Notes: generated by a model from the sequence alone, not told the origin. A DNA stretch of 32,000 bases from Erysipelotrichaceae bacterium OH741_COT-311 (GCA_003858585.1 RQZE01000010.1:1-32000); one strand, 5' to 3'. Numbered from the stretch's first letter, positions 1-8,946 are shown. Made by a program: numbers and translations.

Positions 1-61
1 GGCTTATTCAAAGTTTAGCATAAGAAGGACTTTTTTGTTCATCGCTTAAGCTCATCTTTAC

Positions 62-86
62 CCACGCCACTATGGCGTGGTTTTTC
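62..86 (+). terminator. Rho-independent terminator for a + strand gene lying left of the window
   Basis: GC-rich hairpin CCACGCCA-cta-TGGCGTGG (62-80) followed by TTTTT. Confidence 0.6.
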
Positions 87-87
87 T

Positions 88-123
88 ATATAAAAAAGTG
101 ATAATCAATTTTGATTATCACTT
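88..123 (-). terminator. Rho-independent terminator for the 201..599 minus-strand gene
   Basis: Perfect 13-bp inverted repeat AAGTGATAATCAA / TTGATTATCACTT (96-123). On the minus strand it is followed by TTTTATAT. It lies 78 nt downstream of the ORF stop. Confidence 0.6.
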
Positions 124-200
124 CAGGCGTACCGATTTGAACGGCTATCTCCGCAGTGGGTTAATAACCCATACATCACAGCGTGTGTCCTATCACACCA

Positions 201-599
201 TCAACCTGTAATATAATTATTCCATAATTTATTCACTTTTTCAATTAGTTTAGCTTCTTTCATTGTGATTTTGCGTGTTCCATTTTCATCATGCTCATAC
301 CCTTTATGGACATGCGGTAAAACTTTACTGCCATTAATAAAGTGTGCATGTCCACTAATATCAATTTGTTTATATCTTTTATTGTCTTTATCGAAATAAG
401 TTATATGAACAGGAACATTTTTCACTTTGTTTACAGTAACATAAACACGCCCTTTAGTCATTGTTTCCATTGGGGCTGTTGTAGCTCCTTCGTTAATTGA
501 GATAAATTTTATATTTCCATCTGAAAACAATGTTTTATATTCTGTCCCGTAAGGTTTCCCTTTTACGCTCATTCCTAGACTTGCTCCTCTTCCGCCCAT
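201..599 (-). CDS. Hypothetical protein, probably phage or mobile-element derived (132 aa, Gly-rich N-terminus, His-rich HAHF/HVHKGYEH segment)
   Basis: Intact ORF. GAGAGGA RBS 7 nt before the ATG at 599. The start overlaps the upstream fragment by 25 nt, as in phage gene packing. No family recognised by eye. Confidence 0.5.
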   Translation of the reverse strand: MGGRGASLGMSVKGKPYGTEYKTLFSDGNIKFISINEGATTAPMETMTKGRVYVTVNKVKNVPVHITYFDKDNKRYKQIDISGHAHFINGSKVLPHVHKGYEHDENGTRKITMKEAKLIEKVNKLWNNYITG

Positions 600-850
600 C
601 GTTTCATCCTCTCTGTGACTTTATTTTCAAAGTAAATAACTTTAATTTTTCCATAATCAAAATCAAGCTTACCTCCGTAAACAAGAATGGTGCGAGGTTC
701 AATCTTTTCAATCATAGCTTTCATACCTTCTTGCCAAATATTGAACGCTTCTGTTTGCTTTTTGACTCCAATAGTTGAGACAGCCACAATTGAACCTTTT
801 GGGATTCCATCAAAGCAAAACGTAACGTGGATACACGATCTGTAATGGAA
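575..850 (-). pseudogene. C-terminal fragment of a phage-associated protein (recalled as DUF4417-like), with the N-terminal part missing
   Basis: The minus-strand frame is open only from 850 down to 575 and has no plausible start or RBS. The translation ...FCFDGIPKGSIVAVSTIGVKK...ILVYGG... resembles the C-terminal half of DUF4417 proteins as I recall them. This is memory only; no search was run. Confidence 0.35.
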
Positions 851-946
851 TTAATGGGACATAAAACCGCTATAATGACATTAGAATACGCTAGATCTAA
901 CGATGAACTAAAACGAGATATAATTAACAATAGAAAAGATAGTTAA
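794..946 (+). pseudogene. C-terminal remnant (about 50 aa) of a tyrosine recombinase/integrase
   Basis: The frame opens after a TGA at 791-793 with no start codon. The translation TFWDSIKAKRNVDTRSVMELMGHKTAIMTLEYARSNDEL... matches the integrase C-terminal box (LMGH ... catalytic Y). The upstream catalytic R/K/HxxR region is absent. Confidence 0.55.
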
Positions 947-968
947 TAGGTTATTAGAAAGGAACACT

Positions 969-1331
969 ATGATGAAATTTAAATTAAAAGGCTATGTAGT
1001 AGACATAATTAATCAATCTAATGTTGTAATTAATGCAGGTTCTAAAGATGATGTTCAATTAAACGACATGGGAGAATTCTATATAGAGTTACCAATATTA
1101 GACGTAAAAAACAATATAAATCTAGGAAATATTGAATTGCCAATTGCAACATTCACCGTTTATGAAGTGTATGAAAATTTTTGTGTTGTCATTCCCCTCG
1201 ATAGTAAAATAGATTGGGAAGATAATTCAAAAAGTAAGTTTAATATTAAAGAAGATCATAATCAATTCATATCCAAAGAAATAGAATTTCAAACAAAAGC
1301 TAGAATACTGGATCAAAAAAATGATCTCTAA
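969..1331 (+). CDS. Hypothetical protein (120 aa), no recognisable family
   Basis: AAAGGAA RBS before ATGATG. The ORF is clean, with no signal peptide or TM segment. Confidence 0.5.
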   Translation: MMKFKLKGYVVDIINQSNVVINAGSKDDVQLNDMGEFYIELPILDVKNNINLGNIELPIATFTVYEVYENFCVVIPLDSKIDWEDNSKSKFNIKEDHNQFISKEIEFQTKARILDQKNDL

Positions 1332-1478
1332 AAACACAATATTTTGTTCCTTTTTATCACAAAAATATCGCAAAATCAATTTCCAATTATGAAAAATCTT
1401 TATTTAAAGGCTTACATGCATTTTTGCATTTCTCATTCTAGGGACCATTTAATAAAATTAAGTAGTATAAACATATAA

Positions 1479-1507
1479 AAGTCCTTATTAATAAAGGACT
1501 TTTTTAT
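1479..1507. terminator. Bidirectional intrinsic terminator
   Basis: AAGTCCTT-attaata-AAGGACTT flanked by an A-run upstream and TTTTTT downstream. It lies between the convergent genes 969..1331 (+) and 1590..1787 (-). Confidence 0.6.
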
Positions 1508-1589
1508 TATTAAGATTTCTTTTATAGCTTACAATGTTTATAGTCTTATCAAAAACATTCAATTTTATTTTAAATATTTTGTTTAAAAC

Positions 1590-1787
1590 CTATTTCTTTG
1601 GATGATCTGGATTTAAGTAACTTGAATGACTATTAAGTTTAACGAAAAAATACACACTGATAAATGCACAAATCAAAAGAACAGCAGCCAGCTCAAGTTG
1701 TTTATTGATAGCGCTAAAGATAGCACCAATCACAAGTACAACAAATACCACAGGCAACACATACATCTTTTTATCCTTAATTACCAT
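1590..1787 (-). CDS. Small membrane protein (65 aa, two hydrophobic helices). The start may instead be the internal Met at codon 8.
   Basis: Two TM-like stretches (YVLPVVFVVLVIGAIFSAI, LAAVLLICAFISVYFFV). An AAGGA RBS lies 7 nt before the internal ATG. Confidence 0.4.
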   Translation of the reverse strand: MVIKDKKMYVLPVVFVVLVIGAIFSAINKQLELAAVLLICAFISVYFFVKLNSHSSYLNPDHPKK

Positions 1788-1912
1788 AACATCTTTAACC
1801 TACCTTTCTTTACATTATTATTATATCATCAATAAAACAATTTAATATATTTCATTGAAATATATATGATATTATATAATAAAAAAGATAACTTATTTGG
1901 AAAGGAGCTTTT

Positions 1913-2950
1913 ATGTTTAAAAAATATGTATTAGTATTAACAGCACTTTCTCTACTTTTATTAACAAGCTGTAACAAAGTAAAAAACAATGAATCTATAT
2001 ATCTATCCATTGCAACATACGATAGAGATTCTATTACCTTATACACCTTTGACGTTGATACAAAACAACTGAAAGAACATGAAACTATAAAAACTTTTGC
2101 AGTAAATCCAGATGCAATCATTGATCCTAAAGCACATACTATTTATTATACTGAACGTCATCTATTGGGAGATAAAAGCGAAGTTCGCCACAACGATGGT
2201 GATCAGGTGTATAGCTATAACTATAAAACAAATATATCCATCAAACTTACTCATAACCTTATTAATGGTGCTACTTTATTTAAACTAGAAGATCAATTAC
2301 TGATTCTTAGTAAAGAATTTAACGAGTATCGTATCGCTTTAAATGCTTATGACTTAACCCAACACAAGCAGACAAATCTTGAACCAAACCTAGATATTTC
2401 TTTTAGAACTTCAAATCTAAATCCAATCACAAACGAGTTTGTTACAACAGCTATTTCAGAAACAGAAAAAGATCAAAAATATCAACAATCAGAAACAACG
2501 AACTTGTATGAAAACACTAAAAACAAACTATACACTTATAAAGATAATCAACTTCAATACGTAACAGAAACTGCCCCTGGTACTATTAAAACGATTGTCA
2601 TAAATGATTCTTATATCATTTACCATTTATTAGATGAAGTAGATGAAAACAAAGGCACTTATTCTCAAAAACACATTCACTTTAATGGATATTTAACATA
2701 TCATCGTACAACCAAAGAAACAACGCCAGGTATTATAAATATTAATGATCCAAACATTGATCAATTACTTTACCTTTCAGAAGATCAAACCTATTTAATT
2801 TGTACGTATAAAGAAAATAAAAAAGAAGATATTTCCCATCGTGGAAATATTGTTAAATATAATTTAGTTGATCAAACCTATGAAACATTATTAGAGTTTG
2901 ATACTATGTTTCCAAAAGATTATTTATATATAGCCATTATGAAAAAATAG
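1913..2950 (+). CDS. Lipoprotein of unknown function, possibly a beta-propeller-like fold
   Basis: Signal peptide with lipobox LLLTSC. GGAAAGGAG RBS. Repeated ...Y.Y... strand-like segments. The fold assignment is a guess. Confidence 0.7.
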   Translation: MFKKYVLVLTALSLLLLTSCNKVKNNESIYLSIATYDRDSITLYTFDVDTKQLKEHETIKTFAVNPDAIIDPKAHTIYYTERHLLGDKSEVRHNDGDQVYSYNYKTNISIKLTHNLINGATLFKLEDQLLILSKEFNEYRIALNAYDLTQHKQTNLEPNLDISFRTSNLNPITNEFVTTAISETEKDQKYQQSETTNLYENTKNKLYTYKDNQLQYVTETAPGTIKTIVINDSYIIYHLLDEVDENKGTYSQKHIHFNGYLTYHRTTKETTPGIININDPNIDQLLYLSEDQTYLICTYKENKKEDISHRGNIVKYNLVDQTYETLLEFDTMFPKDYLYIAIMKK

Positions 2951-2976
2951 TTTATACCCAAGTATAAACTATTTTT
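2948..2976. terminator. Bidirectional intrinsic terminator between convergent genes
   Basis: TAGTTTATAC-ccaa-GTATAAACTA flanked by AAAAAA (2942-2947) and TTTTT (2972-2976). Confidence 0.6.
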
Positions 2977-3904
2977 AAATATTCAGAATAATTAAGAAAT
3001 GCAACACACATAAAATAATCAGTGATAACACAATCGTAACTCTTGAAAAAAAGAGTTTTAACAAATATGTAGTTGCAGATTCTTTTTTTATGATAATATG
3101 ATGACTCTTTTTTAAAATAAAGAAATAAATCATACATAAATACACAAGTAAAATAGCTAAAGGTATCCCCCAACTATATTGATTTGGAATAAGCCCTACT
3201 CCATATACAAACATATTATAAATACTATGTATTACAATCGTTGGTAAAATACTTTTATATCTCAATGTAATCAAGATTAACGATGCACTAAAAATCATCG
3301 CAGGTATCATTTGTGAAATATCCAATTGCACAAGAGCATACATCAGTGAAATTGCGATTAATGCAAAACGATTACCAAAGCGTCCTAATCCTCTTAACAG
3401 TACTCCTCGAAAAAAATATTCTTCCAGAAATGGTGATACAACAAGCAATATAAATACATGTAAAAAATTAAAGCTTTGAACTTGCCTAAAATCAAAACCC
3501 ACCGGTGATAAGATATGAATTTTAAAATCAAAGATACTTGAAAAAATAATCAAACTGAATGTTGCAAAAAAACTTAATCCAATCGTCATCGATTCATAAG
3601 CTAAAAACGAAGATACTTTCATCGTTGTTTTACGTATAAAATCCTTTGTAGGTATCTCTAACTTCGTTTGAATGATTAAACTTGCAAACAACGTAGTTAA
3701 CGACATTACAACAAGATAGAAAGACAAGACTAAGTATTCTATTTTATATTTTGGTAACCACTCCAACAATATCTTTACGATTTGATCTTGATGAATAAAT
3801 AATAAACAAAGTACTACACTATATAAAAGAATGCTGATACCAACAACAAAAAATTTTTTTTTGCATTCATCAGGAGTTACAATAATTTTTTTTCCATCTA
3901 CCAT
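2975..3904 (-). CDS. CPBP-family (CAAX-type) intramembrane glutamic protease
   Basis: Polytopic membrane protein with EEYFFRG (EExxxR) and a distal HSIYN motif. The start is moved to ATG 3904, behind an AAAGGAAGTG RBS. Confidence 0.8.
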   Translation of the reverse strand: MVDGKKIIVTPDECKKKFFVVGISILLYSVVLCLLFIHQDQIVKILLEWLPKYKIEYLVLSFYLVVMSLTTLFASLIIQTKLEIPTKDFIRKTTMKVSSFLAYESMTIGLSFFATFSLIIFSSIFDFKIHILSPVGFDFRQVQSFNFLHVFILLVVSPFLEEYFFRGVLLRGLGRFGNRFALIAISLMYALVQLDISQMIPAMIFSASLILITLRYKSILPTIVIHSIYNMFVYGVGLIPNQYSWGIPLAILLVYLCMIYFFILKKSHHIIIKKESATTYLLKLFFSRVTIVLSLIILCVLHFLIILNI

Positions 3905-4000
3905 AGTTTCACTTCCTTTAATAATTATTGCATTTATTAATAGTGTTTGCAAATAGATAAAGATGTGAAATTTCGTTATAATAATTCAGAGGTGATTTTT

Positions 4001-5566
4001 ATGTTAGTCATAAATCAAATAAAATGTAGTCTCAATCAAATTAATCAATTAAAACAGAGGATTGCTTCAAAGCTAAAAGCACCCCTTGAAGATATTTTGC
4101 ACTATGAAATTTTAAAAGAATCGATTGATGCCAGAAAGGAAGTAATCATTGTTTATAGCTGCCTTGTAAACATCAAGCATGAACAACGTTATCTAAGCAA
4201 ACAAGATGTCAGTTTGTATCATCCAGAAGTATTTTCTATTCCTCCAGCTTTAAAGGAAACTTCACCCATTGTAATCGGATTTGGACCTTCTGGTATGTTT
4301 GCAGCCTTAACCCTTGCACAAAGTGGATTAACACCCATTATTTTTGAACGAGGAAGTCGTGTAGAAAAACGTTTAGAAGATGTCGAAAAACTATGGAAAG
4401 ATGGCATTATAAATCCAGAATCGAACGTTCAATTTGGAGAAGGTGGTGCAGGAACCTTCTCAGATGGAAAATTAACCACTCGTAGTAAAGACTTACGTAT
4501 TCATCATATTTTTGAAATGTTTATTGAGCATGGTGCAAAAGAAGAAATTCGCTACAAACAACACCCTCATATTGGAACTGACTGTCTTGTAGATATTGTA
4601 CGTAATATACGAAATCATATTATAGAGCTAGGAGGAACCTTTTATTTTGATACCAAAGTGGAATCCTTACTGATTGAAAAAGAAACTTGTATTGGTATAT
4701 GTGCAAATGGAAAGAACTACTATAGTAACTATGTGGTATTAGCTATTGGTCATAGTGCATATGATACATTAAAGTCCATCTATACAGATCAAGTATATAT
4801 GGAAGCAAAAGACTTTGCAGTAGGTGTAAGAGTAGAACATCCTCAAAAAATGATTGATAAGAATCAATATAAACAATACTTTAAACACCCTCTTTTAAAA
4901 GCGAGTGAATATCGTTTAACGTATCAAGCAAGTAATGCAAGAGGCGTTTATTCTTTCTGTATGTGTCCTGGAGGTTATGTTGTCGCAAGCAATAGTAATC
5001 ATGGAGAAATTGTTACAAATGGTATGAGTAAATCCAAACGAGATCATGTATATGCAAACAGTGCTATTTTGGTACAAGTTAAAAAAGAAGACTATTATAA
5101 AAGCAGTGTCTTAGATGGCATTGATTATTTAAAAAAGATAGAACAACAAGCTTATCTTTTAGGTGGAAGTAATTATTATGCTCCTTGTTGTAACATCAAA
5201 GACTTTGTATATGATACAAATAACCCTCTGATTTTCAAACCAACCTACTTACCTGGTGTAAAACAAATGGATATGAACTCCTTATTTTCAACATCCATCT
5301 TATTATCACTAAAAGAAGCTCTGCTTCATTTTGATAAAAAAATTCCCGGATTTATTGAACAGGGTGTTATGATTGCCCCTGAAACACGTTCAAGTAGTGT
5401 AGTACGCATTTTAAGAAACGAACAACTAGAAAGCCTTAATACAAAACAATTATATCCTTGTGGGGAAGGTGCAGGTTATGCCGGAGGAATTACCTCAAGT
5501 GCCTTAGATGGTTTAAAAGTCGCTATTGCCATTATTGAAGATATTAACAAAGGAGTAAAACAGTGA
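4001..5566 (+). CDS. FAD-dependent oxidoreductase of the COG2509 type (uncharacterised FAD-dependent dehydrogenase)
   Basis: GFGPSGMFAALTLAQSG dinucleotide-binding motif, an N-terminal SIDARK segment and C-terminal GEGAGYAGGI. The start is moved to ATG 4001, behind a GAGGTGA RBS. Confidence 0.8.
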   Translation: MLVINQIKCSLNQINQLKQRIASKLKAPLEDILHYEILKESIDARKEVIIVYSCLVNIKHEQRYLSKQDVSLYHPEVFSIPPALKETSPIVIGFGPSGMFAALTLAQSGLTPIIFERGSRVEKRLEDVEKLWKDGIINPESNVQFGEGGAGTFSDGKLTTRSKDLRIHHIFEMFIEHGAKEEIRYKQHPHIGTDCLVDIVRNIRNHIIELGGTFYFDTKVESLLIEKETCIGICANGKNYYSNYVVLAIGHSAYDTLKSIYTDQVYMEAKDFAVGVRVEHPQKMIDKNQYKQYFKHPLLKASEYRLTYQASNARGVYSFCMCPGGYVVASNSNHGEIVTNGMSKSKRDHVYANSAILVQVKKEDYYKSSVLDGIDYLKKIEQQAYLLGGSNYYAPCCNIKDFVYDTNNPLIFKPTYLPGVKQMDMNSLFSTSILLSLKEALLHFDKKIPGFIEQGVMIAPETRSSSVVRILRNEQLESLNTKQLYPCGEGAGYAGGITSSALDGLKVAIAIIEDINKGVKQ

Positions 5567-6597
5567 AAGTAAAAATCAAAATCATACATTTATTATTCTT
5601 AGTTATTGGATTATCCATGATTTTTGGATATTTAGGAAGTTATCTAGCACTACAACTTCACCATAAATCAGTCTCAATTCCTATCTCACATACTTCCAAT
5701 ATGCCACAAATATCTACCAACAGTATTCAAGACATTGTACGTAAAGCTAGTCAAAGTGTTGTAGAAATCAAAGCAAAAACAAATAATAACCATTATACAT
5801 CCAATGGCAGCGGTGTCATTGTAAGTACGGATGGTTATATCGCCACAAACAACCATGTAGTAGAGCATACTACTGACGTTGTAGTTAAACTGTATAATGG
5901 TGAACAATATGATGCAACTATCATCGCAACAGACCCTAAAACAGATCTAGCTGTTCTTAAAATTGACAAAACAGACCTTATAGCAGCAAGCTTTGCTGAT
6001 TCTGGAAATTTAGCTGTGGGAGACTTTGCAATGGCAATTGGAAATCCTTTGGGTACATTAGGTGGAACAGTAACCGACGGTATTATTAGCGCCCTAGATC
6101 GTGAGCTCATTCTTGAAAATGAGCCTATGAATTTACTTCAAACAAATGCCCAAATCAATCAAGGAAACTCTGGTGGTGGATTATTTAACGCCAATGGGGA
6201 ATTAATTGGTATTGTAGTAGCGAAAACAACCGGAAAGGGCATAGAAGGAATTGGCTTTGCTATTCCTAGCAATGATGCCCTTGAAATCATTGAACAACTG
6301 ATTGAAAAAGGCTATGTTGCAAATCGACCAACCATTGGTGTGCGCTTAAAAACATTAAATCTTCAACAAGAACAAGCATTATTCATTACTGAGGTTTTTC
6401 CAAATTCAGCTGCAAGTGAAGCAGGTTTACAAGTAAATGATCAAATTATCAAGTTTAATAATCAACCTATTCGTAATTATTTAGACTTACGCTTTTCCAT
6501 CCGTGATTTAAAAATAAACGATACTGTAGAGGTGATTGTACTCCGTGATAACAAGGAAGTTATACTACAGCTCACGCTAAAAGAAGCTACAAAATAA
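5563..6597 (+). CDS. htrA: HtrA/DegP-family serine protease with an N-terminal membrane anchor and a C-terminal PDZ domain
   Basis: Catalytic triad contexts TNNHVV, DLAVLK and GNSGGG. GTG start overlapping the upstream TGA, with an AAAGGAG RBS. Confidence 0.9.
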   Translation: MKVKIKIIHLLFLVIGLSMIFGYLGSYLALQLHHKSVSIPISHTSNMPQISTNSIQDIVRKASQSVVEIKAKTNNNHYTSNGSGVIVSTDGYIATNNHVVEHTTDVVVKLYNGEQYDATIIATDPKTDLAVLKIDKTDLIAASFADSGNLAVGDFAMAIGNPLGTLGGTVTDGIISALDRELILENEPMNLLQTNAQINQGNSGGGLFNANGELIGIVVAKTTGKGIEGIGFAIPSNDALEIIEQLIEKGYVANRPTIGVRLKTLNLQQEQALFITEVFPNSAASEAGLQVNDQIIKFNNQPIRNYLDLRFSIRDLKINDTVEVIVLRDNKEVILQLTLKEATK

Positions 6598-6603
6598 ATT
6601 TAA

Positions 6604-6636
6604 AACAGTCAGGAATTATTTTCCTGACTGTTTTAT
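6604..6636. terminator. Bidirectional intrinsic terminator
   Basis: AACAGTCAGGAA-ttatt-TTCCTGACTGTT followed by TTTT, between convergent htrA and the ArsR-type gene. Confidence 0.75.
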
Positions 6637-6671
6637 TATAAATGATTTGTAATTCATATCATCAAAGTTTT

Positions 6672-7691
6672 TTATAACTCAAATTCATCTTGTATTTTTT
6701 GTATTACATTTTTTAGTAATAATTTATTTAATTGATATTTCATAAAATCTTCATCAACTGAAATAGAAAGTAAATTAGTGTTAATTAATTTTTGAATATG
6801 AAAAGAAACGTTAGCCGGTGTAATACTTAACTTTTCAGCAATCTCTTTCTTCTTTAAATTTGTTTGTATCATCAACTTTAATACATCATATCGAATCGGA
6901 TCCGATAATGCCTTCATTGCCATGAATAATAATTCTTCTTTATCTTGTAAAGAACGATTCATAAATAAATGTGCTCTGGAAAATAGAAATAAATCTATGT
7001 TTGGATTTGTTTGATCTTCCTTAATAGATGCTAAAATTCTAGGATTTAAAGACGATAAAACAAAAACACGTACATGTTTATTACTGAATTGATTGATATT
7101 AAAAGCCGAATCTTTAAATAGTTCATATATATCTAAATTATCTATCATATCATCTATTTCTCTTTCATACGTTTTATAATAGGGAATATACTTTGGTAAA
7201 ATCTCTTGATATAAACTTAATATTTCTTCTATAACTTTAGGTAAATGATAATAGGACCAATAAATATTCCATTTTTCTTTTTCATCTTCAATTTCATCTT
7301 CAATCATCTGAATCAAATCTTCTGATGATTCAATATTTATTTTTTTATCAAAAACAGTATATAAAAAGACTTCCTTTAGTATTGAATTCGATAATTCCAT
7401 TACCATTTCAAACAAATCTTCCATCGTTTTGGGATCTTTTCCTTCATTTAATAAATTAAGATATAAATTTATGATATATATTTTATGATTCTTATTATGA
7501 TAATATTTTTCAATACGTTTCTTAAAAGGATGTAATATCTTCTTTACCTCTTTTAAATCATTAAAAATATCTTTTGCTTTCTCCTTTTCTTCACTGGTCA
7601 ATGAAATTTGATTGTAATCTTCTATCAGTATATAAGGTGCATATAAATAATCCATAATTTGACTTTGATGTTTATAAACAAAAACTTTCAT
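6672..7691 (-). CDS. ArsR-family winged-helix regulator with a long (about 250 aa) uncharacterised N-terminal domain
   Basis: C-terminal ALSDPIRYDVLKLMIQ...KKEIAEKLSITPANVSFHIQKLINTNLL matches the ArsR/SmtB HTH. The N-terminal part is acidic and helical with no family recognised. The start lies 1 nt after the MFS stop, with a GGAAGTGAAG RBS. Confidence 0.7.
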   Translation of the reverse strand: MKVFVYKHQSQIMDYLYAPYILIEDYNQISLTSEEKEKAKDIFNDLKEVKKILHPFKKRIEKYYHNKNHKIYIINLYLNLLNEGKDPKTMEDLFEMVMELSNSILKEVFLYTVFDKKINIESSEDLIQMIEDEIEDEKEKWNIYWSYYHLPKVIEEILSLYQEILPKYIPYYKTYEREIDDMIDNLDIYELFKDSAFNINQFSNKHVRVFVLSSLNPRILASIKEDQTNPNIDLFLFSRAHLFMNRSLQDKEELLFMAMKALSDPIRYDVLKLMIQTNLKKKEIAEKLSITPANVSFHIQKLINTNLLSISVDEDFMKYQLNKLLLKNVIQKIQDEFEL

Positions 7692-7692
7692 A

Positions 7693-8946
7693 TTAATTCT
7701 TCACTTCCTTTTCGCTAAAAATAACATATCCCAAAAAAATCAAAGCTATCAATAACATAATAAGCGATAATGCTTCGGCATTCAAGACTAACAACAAGCC
7801 TGAAACTACCATCTTCATAATAATCATTCCCATTTGGAAATAGGTTGCAATACCACCACTGACTGTCGCAATTTTATCCTCTGAAATACGATTAAAAATT
7901 AAGGTCTGTAATTTAGGATTTACTCCTCCAACTACAATTCCCAAAATCAAAAATAAAATTATCATAATATAAACTTGTTGAAGAAACAATGAGGCCATAA
8001 GTAACACGGTAATCACCATTGATATTTTTAATGTATTATAAATACTAAGATTTTTAAACAGAGACATCACCAATACACCACCTAAAATCGCACCTATTAA
8101 ATGACTTGTTTGTATCATAGCTAAAGTAATAGCAGGTGTTTTAATAATAAATTGAACATTACTTGCCATAATTAATGTAATAATGATTGGAAATACAGCA
8201 AATAATCCATTGATAATAGGAACTATAATCATACACATATTTAAATCCGGTACTTTTTTCATTTCACTAACAGATAGCTTTAAAGTATTGATCATATTTT
8301 TAAAAACACCATTTTTTTGAAGTTCACCTTGATTAAAGTGAATCGGTTTTTCATCAAATAAATAGTTTAATCGTTTACTTAAAAGGATAATTATTCCCAA
8401 TGGAATTAAAAAAGTAAATGCATTTAAATAAGCTAAATGAGAAAAACTTAGCAGTGAAATTAATAGCGCTCCTAACGGTTGGAAAAGAATATATGCACTT
8501 AAATGCAAACTTTGTGTAAAACCCATATATTTCCCTCGTTCTTCATTCTCAATTATTCTTAAATGTATTGGGATATAAAGACCATTTTCAAGTTGCCCGG
8601 CAACACTAGATAAAAAACTAATCACAGAAGCTACTACAACAATCCACAAATTGGGATTAAACCTCATCATATAACCTAATATCATAAACATCACAGATCG
8701 AATCATTAAAGATATTTTTATAACTTTAATTTTATTGTGAATTTTATCCGATATATACCCCGTAAACAAGCGAACTCCTATAGGCAATGTTTCAGAAAAG
8801 GCAATAATGGATAATGCAAGACTTGGATTTTCTAAAAAAAGCACATAATTCATCAAAGCTAGATAATATACAGTATCACCAAAATTTGAAATTAAATCAG
8901 AAAAGGTTAAATACATAAATAGTTTGTTCTTTAAAATCTTTTTCAT
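7693..8946 (-). CDS. MFS transporter (ENTS/Mef-like subfamily by appearance)
   Basis: About 12 hydrophobic helices and an N-terminal FSDLISNFGDTVYYLAL motif. ATG 8946 sits behind an AGAGGTG RBS; the GTG at 8952 in the ORF track is part of that RBS. Confidence 0.8.
   Translation of the reverse strand: MKKILKNKLFMYLTFSDLISNFGDTVYYLALMNYVLFLENPSLALSIIAFSETLPIGVRLFTGYISDKIHNKIKVIKISLMIRSVMFMILGYMMRFNPNLWIVVVASVISFLSSVAGQLENGLYIPIHLRIIENEERGKYMGFTQSLHLSAYILFQPLGALLISLLSFSHLAYLNAFTFLIPLGIIILLSKRLNYLFDEKPIHFNQGELQKNGVFKNMINTLKLSVSEMKKVPDLNMCMIIVPIINGLFAVFPIIITLIMASNVQFIIKTPAITLAMIQTSHLIGAILGGVLVMSLFKNLSIYNTLKISMVITVLLMASLFLQQVYIMIILFLILGIVVGGVNPKLQTLIFNRISEDKIATVSGGIATYFQMGMIIMKMVVSGLLLVLNAEALSLIMLLIALIFLGYVIFSEKEVKN

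Noticed and set aside
96-123. Perfect 13-bp inverted repeat as a transcription-factor operator
   Set aside because: It is followed by a T-run on the minus strand and lies downstream of a gene end, not upstream of a promoter. An intrinsic terminator is the simpler reading.
121-200. tRNA-like fragment or att-site remnant in the relatively GC-rich 3' UTR of the 201..599 gene (minus strand GCCG-TTCAAAT-CGGT followed by ACGCCTGA, plus small hairpins GGGTT-att-AACCC and GTGT-gatagg-ACAC)
   Set aside because: No acceptor-stem partner (CAGGCGT) is present. The anticodon-like hairpin has a 3-nt loop, and the T-stem has only 4 pairs including a G-U. It cannot be folded into a cloverleaf or a convincing tRNA 3' half.
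1389-1478. Small ORF MKNLYLKAYMHFCISHSRDHLIKLSSINI in the 1332-1589 intergenic tract
   Set aside because: There is no Shine-Dalgarno upstream of the ATG and no recognisable features. It is likely a chance ORF in AT-rich DNA.
3905-4000. Extended N-termini in the ORF track for the CPBP gene (to 3952) and the FAD protein gene (from 3947), implying overlapping divergent genes
   Set aside because: Both internal ATGs (3904 and 4001) have strong RBSs. The extensions lack RBSs and would occupy the shared promoter region.
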